From an uncultured Alphaproteobacteria bacterium (lineage in GTDB: Bacteria > Pseudomonadota > Alphaproteobacteria > Rhizobiales > Beijerinckiaceae), in contig CAWGGK010000011.1 in NCBI GenBank assembly GCA_963822165.1, forward strand, positions 29,113 to 93,112: a stretch of DNA of 64,000 nucleotides, written 5' to 3'. Numbering within the stretch: the first letter of the stretch is position 1; each line of letters begins with the position of its first letter. Position numbers and translations under genes: made by a program. This document shows, one piece after another, positions 10,909 through 20,039 of the stretch. The notes under the pieces were generated by a model that saw only the letters and a program-made list of their open reading frames with translations, made no database searches and was not told the origin of the DNA.

Positions 10909-11142
10909 TGATGGCTCGGGCGACTGGCGAGCACTGATCGCTCTCGACCCGACGCGCAGTCGATGTGCTTTGGAATCGGCAAATGCTCGTATCGAATATC
11001 GTCGAGTTCTCACCTCTATCGCGAAGCTCTACAAGCCAGTTCAGCGCTTGCAAACATCGTCGAGAGGCATTCCTTTGATGACAAGGGCAACGGGCGCAGA
11101 AAGTCTGGGAACTGCGCCAGCACGATCATCAGGGAGGCAAAC

Positions 11143-11865
11143 ATGGATAAGCCGGTATCGCCGGAGACGCTTGAACTTCTCGGCCGGGTCAGCACGAACA
11201 CGCTGACCGGCCTTATGATCAAGATCGCCGGGCTGCGCACCCGCGCGGTTCGAGGAGTGCGGCCGCTCGTGCCGTCCCGCAGCCGGTTTGTCGGACCCGC
11301 CTTCACCGTCCGCTACGTCCCGATCCGAGAGGACCTGACGGACCGCGCGAGCATGGCGAGCCCCAACAGTCATCTCCATGGCACGTACGACCGCGTTCCG
11401 CGCGGGAGCGTCCTCGTCATGGACATGATGGGCAATGACACATGCGGATGTCTCGGCGACGTGCTCGTGGCCGGGCTCATCGCACGTGGCGTTGCAGGTC
11501 TCGTCTGCGATGGTGGAATTCGCGATGGCGAGGCTATTGCGGCAATGACGTTGCCGGTCTTCTCGTCAGGCGTCGCCGCACCGCCGAGCAATAGAGCCTT
11601 GCTCGCCGCCGACATCCAGGTGCGGATCGGCTGTGGCGGCGTGCTTGTCGAACCCGGAGATATCGTCGTCGGCGATCCAGATGGCGTCGTGATCGTGCCA
11701 CGGCACATGGCCGACGAACTGGCGCGAAAAGGCGTCGAGCAGGAAGACGTCGAGGCCTGGGTCCGCAAGCGGGTCGAGAATGGCGAACCGGTGACGGGAC
11801 TTTACCCGCCCGGTGAGAAGACCTTGGCAGAGTACAGGGAATGGGTTGCGACCGGGCGCCGATGA
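11143..11865 (+). CDS. RraA-like / HMG-aldolase family protein
   Basis: GPAFTVRY, LGDVL, DGGIRD and GGVLVEPGDIVVGDPDGVVIVP; GGGAGG RBS. Confidence 0.88.
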   Translation: MDKPVSPETLELLGRVSTNTLTGLMIKIAGLRTRAVRGVRPLVPSRSRFVGPAFTVRYVPIREDLTDRASMASPNSHLHGTYDRVPRGSVLVMDMMGNDTCGCLGDVLVAGLIARGVAGLVCDGGIRDGEAIAAMTLPVFSSGVAAPPSNRALLAADIQVRIGCGGVLVEPGDIVVGDPDGVVIVPRHMADELARKGVEQEDVEAWVRKRVENGEPVTGLYPPGEKTLAEYREWVATGRR

Positions 11866-11940
11866 TTGAAGCCGGCGACCTTAAGACGGGCACGGCAAAT
11901 CGCAGGCCGCATCCGCATCAGGCCCAAGGGGAATTGCAAG

Positions 11941-13146
11941 ATGAAGATCGCGCGTGTCGAAAGCTTTCTGTTCAATCCGGGCACGACGCGGAACCTGCTG
12001 TTCTGCCGCATCGAGACGGATAGCGGGCTGCATGGCTGGGGAGAGGCATACGTCACCGCCGAGAAGGAGAAGGCCGTGGATGAATATCTGCGGGCCATGG
12101 CATGCCATCTGATCGGCCGCAGTCCATTCTCCATCCGGCATACCGGGCAGGTCCTGTTCGACGATTTCGTCATTCGCCGTTCTTCGATCGGCTTCCTTTC
12201 GGCGTGGAGCGCGATCGAGATCGCGCTCTGGGACATCGTGGGAAAGGCGGCTGGCCAGCCCGTCTACAATCTGCTCGGCGGCGCCTCCCGCGAGCGCGTT
12301 CGCGTCTATGCCAATGGCTGGGCCGACGAACCGGGTACGCTGGACGAGATCATCGAGCGAGCGGTCGCCGTGAAGGCGCTGGGCTATTCGGCGCTCAAGT
12401 TCGATCCGGTTCCAGGGCCATGGCGCACATACATCCACAAGGAGGATGAAGACTTCGCCGTGGAGTTCGTGAAGCGGATGCGCGAAGCGTTGGGGCCCGA
12501 CATGGAATTGCTGGTCGAGATGCATCGCCGACTCTCTCCCTCGCATGCCATCCGCATTGGCCGCCGCATCGCCGAATACGATATCGGCTGGTACGAGGAG
12601 CCTTGCCTGTCCGACAATATCGACCTTGTTGCCGAGGTTCGCCGGAACGTCCCCATCCCAATCGTCACGGGGGAGACGCTCTATTCCAAGGAAGATTTCC
12701 TGCCTGTGTTTGAGAAACGCGCGGCCGACATTCTCAATCCGGATATTTGCGCCATGGGCGGCATCACGGCCCTGATGGAAGTCGCGGCGATGGCACAGCC
12801 GCACGCCATAGGCATCGCGCCGCACAACAACAACAGCACGCTCGCCGGCCTCGCCGCCACCGTGCATGTCTGCGCCACGATCCCGAATTTCGTCACGGCG
12901 GAATGCTTCATCAACCGGCTCAACGCCTGCGACGAGATCGCGCTGAGTTCGATCAAGGTGGAGGCAGGATGGGCCGAGCTTCCGACTGCGCCGGGCCTAG
13001 GGATCGACATCGATGTCGCCCAGTTGCGAAAGCATCCCTACAAATCCTTCCCGCCAAAAGGCCTACGCCATTCCTGGGAGGAATTTCCGCGAAAGCACTA
13101 CAAGGCATCGAACTGGATGGAGGGAGCCGGCGGAGTGAAGCGTTGA
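11941..13146 (+). CDS. Mandelate racemase/muconate lactonizing enzyme family (acid-sugar dehydratase-like)
   Basis: MKIARVE..GLHGWGE..SAIEIALWDIVGK..KFD..EMH..WYEEP..TGE..APHN..PGLG. Confidence 0.9.
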   Translation: MKIARVESFLFNPGTTRNLLFCRIETDSGLHGWGEAYVTAEKEKAVDEYLRAMACHLIGRSPFSIRHTGQVLFDDFVIRRSSIGFLSAWSAIEIALWDIVGKAAGQPVYNLLGGASRERVRVYANGWADEPGTLDEIIERAVAVKALGYSALKFDPVPGPWRTYIHKEDEDFAVEFVKRMREALGPDMELLVEMHRRLSPSHAIRIGRRIAEYDIGWYEEPCLSDNIDLVAEVRRNVPIPIVTGETLYSKEDFLPVFEKRAADILNPDICAMGGITALMEVAAMAQPHAIGIAPHNNNSTLAGLAATVHVCATIPNFVTAECFINRLNACDEIALSSIKVEAGWAELPTAPGLGIDIDVAQLRKHPYKSFPPKGLRHSWEEFPRKHYKASNWMEGAGGVKR

Positions 13147-13175
13147 CCGGACACAGGTGACGGCCGGACTTGAAG

Positions 13176-14699
13176 CTAAGCTCTGCGTACCGATCGGGGG
13201 CACACGAGGAAAAGGACGAACAGAGCTAACCCGACTGGCGCAAGAGCTATCCAGGTGCCCATGAGCGCTGCCGCACAGGCGAAGGTCCAAAGGAACATCA
13301 GCAACAGTTCGATGAAGCCGACGAGCTTGGATTGCGAGTGACGCCGCAAAACCATTCCTCGCTTTGCGGGCGCCTGCCGCCAGAAATTCACGAGGGCGGT
13401 CGACAAGCCTGCTGCAATCGCGGAGACAGCGGCGCACAACGCGCCCCACGGCGAGGCGAGCGCCAGGCCAACGAGCGGGACGCTCAGCAGCAGTCCCACC
13501 GGCAGCGCGATCGCCTTGATCTTGAAGCGCTCGATGTCCGCGCGCGTGACGGGCGCAGTTGCAAGAAACTCAGGCGCGTCCTCACCTGACAGCGTGACCC
13601 ACGCCAGCGATCCGGAAAGCTGTGCTGAGATCATGACGATCGAAGGTGCGAAGGCGTTTGCGGCAGATCCCGCCATATCGCCGGATTGCCAAAGCACGAT
13701 GCTGAGCGGAAACGTATAGATGATCTGGAGTAGGATCTGGGACAGCAGCCAAGGGTCGCGCCAGATCAACATCCGTTCCTTTGCCGCCAGCGTTGCGGAG
13801 AGGCCACCTCGGAAGGGCCGCTCGCCCTTGGCCTCGTTGCCGGATTGGAGGCTTCCGGAAGCCAATGCAGCCACGTCGGCGATGCGTCGCCCGCACAGAG
13901 CCACCGCTGTCGAGAAGAGTACGCCGGCGAAAAGCAACCAAGAAAGGAGTGCCAGCGTGTCTCCCAATGCCGCGCGGACGGGAAGCCAGAGCACCCCCGC
14001 GTGATCGAGCCATGAACCAGGAGGTGGGTGAGTCGACGCATCGGTCAATTGGTCCCGAAGGCGTGCCGGCAGCATGCTCGTCACCTGCGCGGTGATGACG
14101 AATGAAGCCCCGACCAGGGTCGCGGCAACCTGCGAGAAGCCCCGGGCACGCCGTGGTCCAAACGTGATGAAGAACAGCATGGCCAGCGACAGCCCCACCG
14201 CGGCGCCGACGAGCGCGGAGGCGCACAGCCAGGGATAGATCGCGAACCAGTGCGGTCGTCCCATCAGAACGCCCATATTGGCTAGCGGCAGCAGCACGAA
14301 GGCTCCGGACGCAGCGCCTTCCATGGCCAGGGCCAGCGCGCGCGACGTCAGGACGGCGCGTGTGGAAACGGGTGAGGACAGGAGGAGGTCGAAGTCTCCG
14401 CGCGAATAGAACGACCGCATCGCAGAGGTCATGGACTGCGCGACGATCAATGACAGGCTCATCACCGTACCGGCGGCGAACCACATCTCGATCTGCGCTT
14501 CGCCGGCGGCATTGGCTCGAAGGTCATCGATCCACCACGCAGCCGGCCACGCCATCAAGTGCACAGAAACGCCGGCTGCCACCATCAGCGCCGCGATCTT
14601 GATGCTAGAGAGACCGCCAAATAGCGAGGCGACGCCGCGAATGCTCTGGCGCAAATCGTGCGCCAGGAACCATCGGACGGTGCCCGGCCTCAGCTTCAC
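13176..14699 (-). CDS. ABC-2-type exporter permease
   Basis: Multi-TM 507-aa protein with RGDFDLLLSSP and GEDAPEFLATAP motifs; overlaps the ATPase stop codon. Confidence 0.8.
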   Translation of the reverse strand: MKLRPGTVRWFLAHDLRQSIRGVASLFGGLSSIKIAALMVAAGVSVHLMAWPAAWWIDDLRANAAGEAQIEMWFAAGTVMSLSLIVAQSMTSAMRSFYSRGDFDLLLSSPVSTRAVLTSRALALAMEGAASGAFVLLPLANMGVLMGRPHWFAIYPWLCASALVGAAVGLSLAMLFFITFGPRRARGFSQVAATLVGASFVITAQVTSMLPARLRDQLTDASTHPPPGSWLDHAGVLWLPVRAALGDTLALLSWLLFAGVLFSTAVALCGRRIADVAALASGSLQSGNEAKGERPFRGGLSATLAAKERMLIWRDPWLLSQILLQIIYTFPLSIVLWQSGDMAGSAANAFAPSIVMISAQLSGSLAWVTLSGEDAPEFLATAPVTRADIERFKIKAIALPVGLLLSVPLVGLALASPWGALCAAVSAIAAGLSTALVNFWRQAPAKRGMVLRRHSQSKLVGFIELLLMFLWTFACAAALMGTWIALAPVGLALFVLFLVCPRSVRRA

Positions 14700-15472
14700 T
14701 CGGGTGCGCCGGTTAGATGAAGGAACAGGTCCTCGAGCGTTTGAAGCCCGCCTCCGCCTGCGGCACGCAACTCGGTCAGCGTACCCTCAGCGATCAAGCG
14801 GCCATTCTTGATGATCCCGATCCTGTGCGCGAGGCGCTCGGCAACCTCGAGAATATGAGTGGTGAGGATGATGGTCGCGCCCTGGCTGACGCGCTCACTC
14901 AACAGGTCTTTCACCAGCCGGGCCGTTGCCGCGTCGAGACCCGTGAGCGGTTCGTCCAGCATCAGTAGCCTGGGCTGATGCACGAGCGCGCCGGCCAGGG
15001 CCACCTTCTGCTTCATGCCCCTCGAAAATCCCTCGCAGCGTTCGTGCCGATGGGGCCAGAGACCGAGAATATCGAGCAATTCGTTCGAGCTTTTCTGGGC
15101 AACATCGGGTGGTATGCTCCATAGCCCGGCGACGAACTCGAGATATTCGAGAGGGCTAAGCTTGTCATAGAGCATCGGCTCGTCTGGCAGCCACGCAATG
15201 ATGCGCTTTGCCTCGATCGGGAAGCGTCTGACGTCGATCCCGAAAACTTCGATCGACCCGCTGTCGGGATAGATCAGTCCGGCGATCATGCGAAGCGTGG
15301 TCGTCTTGCCCGCTCCGTTCGCTCCAAGCAGCGCATAAAGCTCACCGGCGCGCAGCGTCAGGTTCAGACCGTCGACGGCAGGCTTCAGGAAGGCTTTGCG
15401 GACGTCCTTCAGAACCAGCGCCGGCGGTCCGAACCGGGACAGGTCGGTTTGCGGCCGGGGAGCGTGAGGCAA
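14696..15472 (-). CDS. ABC transporter ATP-binding protein
   Basis: Walker A GANGAGKT, signature FSRGM, Walker B LMLDEP and the H-loop. Confidence 0.92.
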   Translation of the reverse strand: MPHAPRPQTDLSRFGPPALVLKDVRKAFLKPAVDGLNLTLRAGELYALLGANGAGKTTTLRMIAGLIYPDSGSIEVFGIDVRRFPIEAKRIIAWLPDEPMLYDKLSPLEYLEFVAGLWSIPPDVAQKSSNELLDILGLWPHRHERCEGFSRGMKQKVALAGALVHQPRLLMLDEPLTGLDAATARLVKDLLSERVSQGATIILTTHILEVAERLAHRIGIIKNGRLIAEGTLTELRAAGGGGLQTLEDLFLHLTGAPE

Positions 15473-15800
15473 AGATAACTCCAGGATTGGATCGTAACTG
15501 CGGATAGGAACACGGCGGAACAGCTGTAACTAGCATAGACGGGGCGCCGCGCCGCAACTCGCAAGGCTAAACTTCACTTACAAATGAATACTTCACTGAT
15601 TACGATGGCAAGCATAGGAGATCGTGGCCATGCCCGCTGACCTATCGGATTTCCGCCATCGTCAAGCCACGGGAATAGGTAGATTTAGATCAAGAGCGTG
15701 ATGTGTAGGAGCGTTAGCGAGAGGATACAGTCCGGGTTGGAATGTACGAGCAAACGTTGACCCGCACTGACTACTCGGACTGGCGCGCAAACGGCACGGT

Positions 15801-16790
15801 TCAGGCAGCGAGCGCGCGCAGCCGAGCGTTCAAGCGCGCGAGCCATGTTCGCACCGAACCGGTGTCGTCGCGCACCAGCCGGAAGCCGAGGTTGGCCGGC
15901 GGGATGCCGACGGCGCAGCCGCCGGCGCGGGCGTCGCGGATGAAGTCGGTGACGTAGCTGCGGTGTGCGCCCTCGACCACGCGCACGCCGCAGTTGACGG
16001 TGCGCGCGCCGGTGGGCTGGCCCGCCGCGTCGACGCCTGGCGCACGAAGCAGGTGTCGGTCCATTCCCAGACATTGCCCGAGAGGTCGGCGATGCCGCGC
16101 TCGTTGTCGCCGAAGCGCCGAACGGGCTGCGGCGTCTTGTCCGTCGACGGTCTGGCGGTCGGATTCCTGCTCGTACTTGGCGAGCCAGCGCTTGGCGAAG
16201 CCGTCCGCTGCCGTCGTCGCGCGCACGGCGTCGTCGCTTGAAGCGGCTGCCGGCGGCATAGGCCCATTCGGCGTCGGTCGGCAGCCGCCAATGCCTGCCC
16301 GTCTGTGCGGAGAGCCAGCTCGCGTAGGCGGTCGCGTCCTGCCAGCTCACGCCGACAGCCGGCAGGTCGGCGCGCCCGGCTCGCGGCCGAGCCGCGCGTT
16401 CGCAGGCTCCGTCGGCGACGCAGCGGTCGTAGTCGGCGGCGCTCACCTGGGACTTCATGACGGTCGAGGCTCGTGGCGACGCGATCCATGACGCACGCGG
16501 CGCGTTGACCGGCCGTCCTTCGCGGGCGAAGTCGCCCGCCACGCCGGTAGGCGAAGGAGCCGGCGGCCACGTGCACGACGGGCGACGGGGTCAGGCGAGC
16601 GGTAAGCGAGCCGAGCCGTGCCCGCGGCGGCGAAAGCGCAGCGGGCCGCGGCGAGCAGGCGGCCTTGAGCGGCGAGCTTGGTCTTGAGGACGCAGCAGCA
16701 TGGCGCGCCTCCGGCGCGGAGACGGCGGCCCGCCGGGCGGCACGGGCCGCTCGGTCGCCTCGGGGATCAGTGCTTGTGCGCCATCGGGGC
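15801..16790 (-). CDS. nirV: NirV-like FGE-sulfatase/SUMF1 domain protein (multiple frameshifts)
   Basis: Fragments in three frames: [38 protein letters not shown], and [24 protein letters not shown]. Directly downstream of nirK; 5' boundary approximate. Confidence 0.7.
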
Positions 16791-16799
16791 GGGCTTCGA

Positions 16800-17909
16800 G
16801 GGCGCCCAGCTTCGTCGCCGCCGCCGATCGGGCCGGGAGGGCTGACCTGCTTCATCAGGTCGTCGTTCCACTTGCCCTCGACCTTGAAGTGCGCGGTGGC
16901 GCCGAGCTCGACGGCCTCGATCAGGTTGTGGTTGACGTAGGCGTAGATGCCGGGCTGCAGGAAGGTGTAGAGCGCCGCGCCGGCCGAGCCGCCGCGGATG
17001 AACCAGGTCTCCAGGTCCTTCTGCGGCGGGTTGGCGAACTTGCCGGTCTCCCAGACATAGTCGCCATGGCCGCCGATCAGATGCGGGCGGGTGTCGCGGT
17101 TGGCCTGGCTGAATGCACGATCAGCACGCGTCTCGCCGACCTTGGCGGTCAGCGCGTTCTTGCCGGTCAGCGCGCCGACCTTGCCGTTGAACACGACATG
17201 GGTCGGGATCAGCTTGCGCATCACCTCGACCGTGTCGGGATAGGCCTCGCCGGCGCTGTCGTAGGTCTTGAACTTGCCCTTCTCGTCGCGCGGCACGTAG
17301 AAGTCCTGCTCGCCGATATAGAAGGCCTTGTCGTAGTGCAGCGGCTTGCCGGTCTCGTCCTTCAGGCCGTCGCGCGGCAGCACCATGACGGCGCCGTTCA
17401 TGCCGGAGACGACGTGCCAGGGGATCATCGGGCCGCCGGGCGCGCAGTGATAGACGAAGGTGCCGGTGCGGGTCGCCTTCCAGCGCAGCACCACCTGCTC
17501 GCCGGGATTGACCAGGGTCAGCTCGCCGCCGCCCAGCGCGCCGGTCGCGGAATGGAAGTCGATGTTGTGCGGCATCGAGTTGGTCTCGGGATTGACCAGC
17601 GTCAGCTCGACGTAGTCGCCCTCGTGCACCACCATCATCGGGCCCGGGCATCGAGCCGTTGAAGGTCATGGCCTGGAACTTGGTGCCCTCGTCGTCGATG
17701 ACGAGCTTCCTTCTCCTCGATCGTCATCTTGAACTCGATGACCTTGGGGCCGTCCTTGGTGGCCTGCTCGTGGGCATGCACGAAGGGCGGCGCGACGAGC
17801 TCGACCTGCTCGCGGGGAAGCTTGTCGACGGTCGTCGGCCGAGGCCGGGAGCGGCGGCGACAAGGGCGGCGACGGCGGCGGCTGCCATGATGGCGCGGCG
17901 GGTGAACAT
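16800..17909 (-). CDS. nirK: Copper-containing nitrite reductase (frameshifted near 5' end; 3' end approximate)
   Basis: Tat-like MFTRR leader; [10 protein letters not shown]; copper ligands HNIDFH, YHCAPGG..WHVVSGM and YVNHNLIEA; catalytic HLIGGHGD. Confidence 0.92.
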
Positions 17910-17976
17910 CGCTCTCTCCGAGGTCTGCATGTCTTTGTTTGCAGGGTGAATGTGCGCCCTTCGCCGCCCGCCTTCT

Positions 17977-17990
17977 TTGCGGTGCAACAA
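17977..17990 (-). promoter_or_regulatory. FNR/FixK/NnrR-type box upstream of nirK
   Basis: Minus strand TTGTTGCACCGCAA (TTG-N8-CAA), about 70 bp upstream of the nirK ATG; resembles rhizobial nirK promoter boxes. Confidence 0.65.
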
Positions 17991-18101
17991 ACAATCAAGC
18001 GGAAGAGATCAACACGATATCGATCGAGTGCGAGCGCAGCCGACACCGCGATGCGAGCCGTCGGCTGGCCGCCGAGCTACGGAGCGCCACCCAAAGCGCG
18101 T

Positions 18102-18743
18102 TCAGCGGGACTTTGCGAATTGGATGATCGCTGCTGCCGCGACGTTCTCTCGACCCGTAAATGTGTGAGGTGTATTGGGACGGCATGGTTGACCAGGACC
18201 ACCGCCTCCCGACACCCAGACAACTTTGGCGCGGCCACGCGACCAACGGGCGAATTCATCCACTGCGCCCGGTGACGTCATCGGGCACGCGTCTTCACGA
18301 TGGTGAAGCACGAGCGTTTGCGGCAATTGGGAAGGATTGCCGATGGTGCCGACGACCGATCCATTCGGCGTTCCCGGTGGCAGCAGTCCTCCGGCTGCAA
18401 AGACAACCCGATCCGGCCGACTTCCCAAGGCGATGGCTCGCGCCGCCGTGACCGCTCCAAGGCTCATTCCCACCAGGGTAACGCGGAAGCCGCGCGACTG
18501 CAGGTCGGCAATCAGCCGGGATGCCTGATCCGCGCTGGTTGTCATGACAGTGGTCAATCCGGCTGCCTCGAACAGACTTGTGCTCAAGACCAGGAAATCC
18601 ATGGGCGACGCACCTCCTGCCCCGGGTATAAGGACGAGGGCGGACGGCGACGGCGCTTTCGTGGTTTGCGCGATCGCGGCAGAACCGAAAAGCATCAGGG
18701 TGAGTAAACCTAAACGGAAGCTGATCATGAAGTCCCCATTCAT
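18102..18743 (-). CDS. Secreted alpha/beta-hydrolase-fold protein
   Basis: Signal peptide, GMSLG nucleophile elbow, LHHREDAC and PHTF (Asp/His candidates). Confidence 0.7.
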   Translation of the reverse strand: MNGDFMISFRLGLLTLMLFGSAAIAQTTKAPSPSALVLIPGAGGASPMDFLVLSTSLFEAAGLTTVMTTSADQASRLIADLQSRGFRVTLVGMSLGAVTAARAIALGSRPDRVVFAAGGLLPPGTPNGSVVGTIGNPSQLPQTLVLHHREDACPMTSPGAVDEFARWSRGRAKVVWVSGGGGPGQPCRPNTPHTFTGRENVAAAAIIQFAKSR

Positions 18744-18989
18744 TGGAAGTCAGCATACTTGCCAATACACTGACCAACTTGCGCTTGATTTCTCAGGAAA
18801 GCGACTCAACGGGCTGAGCATGCATCTGCTGCAGCCGTAGCTCGGCAGAGGGTCCGGCCGGACCTGGATCGCAAAAGCCCGCCGCTGCCTCGTCAGGCAC
18901 GCGGCATCCTGCAGGCCTCGGATGGTGCCGATCGCGTCGAGGCGGCCGCCGACCGGCGCCTCCCTGGCATGCTTGGCATGGTGACCCCA

Positions 18990-19093
18990 CAATGCACCAT
19001 GCTATATGGCGGAACGGAGGAATTAATATCGTCGTCCTGAATGCCGGTGCTTTCGTCGACGATGATGTCTTGCGTCACGATGTCGAGCGCCAT
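18990..19093 (-). pseudogene. 5' stub of a paralogue of the 24338..29486 repeat-protein gene
   Basis: MALDIVTQDIIVDESTGIQDDDIN compared with MALDIVTQELVIDESIGLTDDDVN; same AAGGAGAT RBS; similarity is lost after about 30 codons. Confidence 0.8.
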
Positions 19094-19330
19094 GGAGTAA
19101 TCTCCTTGGGCTATGACAATGGAAAGAAGCGCCTCAGACGCGCCAAATCTCAGTCGCGACATCCGCCGCGCGCTGAGGGGATTCCTGCTGGGGCGGATGC
19201 AGAGGCGGAAGCTTCCTTCCGATCAACCCAAGAGGCCATTGGCCGATGGATAAGCGTCGCACTCTCTTTCGATGGCGCCGTCGGATATATATATATATCT
19301 GACGCCGCCAGCGCTGATCGTGCCGTACGC
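19020..19330 (+). repeat. Diverged direct repeat copy 1 (copy 2 at about 29415..29700)
   Basis: Collinear similarity, including an identical 25-mer GATAAGCGTCGCACTCTCTTTCGAT (19249-19273 and 29626-29650) and CCGTCGG(AT)nCT. Confidence 0.85.
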
Positions 19331-19419
19331 GGCGGGCCGTCCTGAAGCGGGCGGCAGCCCGGGCAACTGGCAAGCGGCGTGAACGCTGCGCCGGCGCGGC
19401 GAGGGCCGCGTCATCGAGC

Positions 19420-19580
19420 AGCCCTTTTCCGCCGAGGGTGTGCGGCGCGCCCGACCTGGGGCAAGCCTCGCCCGTGGATCAATTATCCCCAGCGCATACT
19501 GCAAATGCGCGCCCGCGCCTTTGCCCTGCGCGACGGCGTTGCCGACGTGCTCGGCGGGCTTTGAGCGCGCGAAGAGCTGG
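19420..19580 (+). pseudogene. Phage RecT-like recombinase fragment
   Basis: WGKPRPWINYPQRILQMRARAFALRDGVADVLGGL*AREEL resembles the W..YP.RML..RA..FALRD.F.DVL.G....EE motif of RecT-like annealases; contains an in-frame stop and a frameshift. Confidence 0.6.
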
Positions 19581-19989
19581 AGGGGAGCGTGTCCGGCTGG
19601 AGCGACCCTACGGCGCACGACGGATCCCAGTATACCCTAGCGCACGACCCTGTTCAGGCCCCTGCCGCCCATCCGCGATGGCGCGTCAAGGAGGTCGCCA
19701 GGTGGTCGGATAGGCCAGCGCGGCGGCGTGTTCGTCCTCCGTAACCCCGGCCTGGCGCCGCATGGTCTCTTGACAAATGTCAAAATGCTTCGCTCGCGCG
19801 AAGCTTCTCGTCACCTACAAGCCCGAACAGATTTGGTGGTCTCATGTTGCCTTTGTTACTCAACATCCCCCGCTTGCAGCAAGGGGAATTCGGACGATGA
19901 CGCTAACCTTAATGCAGGGGAGGTTCGTACGGTCGTGCACATTGGGTTTCTTAACGCTTGTCAAGATCACGGTTCCGTGAATTAAATTC

Positions 19990-20004
19990 TTAAGGATTTG
20001 TTAA
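19990..20004. promoter_or_regulatory. CtrA-type binding site
   Basis: Exact TTAA-ggatttg-TTAA, 35 bp upstream of the T1SS ATPase ATG, in AT-rich DNA. Confidence 0.6.
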
Positions 20005-20039
20005 TAGTTGAAACCTCTTGTACTAAAGTGTGAGATCTG

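Noticed and set aside
15830-17638. 602-aa NirK fusion with a long C-terminal extension
   Set aside because: The extension is low-complexity out-of-frame read-through into nirV caused by indels.
18750-18990. Possible gene fragment downstream of the adhesin stub (LDAIGTIRGL)
   Set aside because: Too short to assign to any family by eye.
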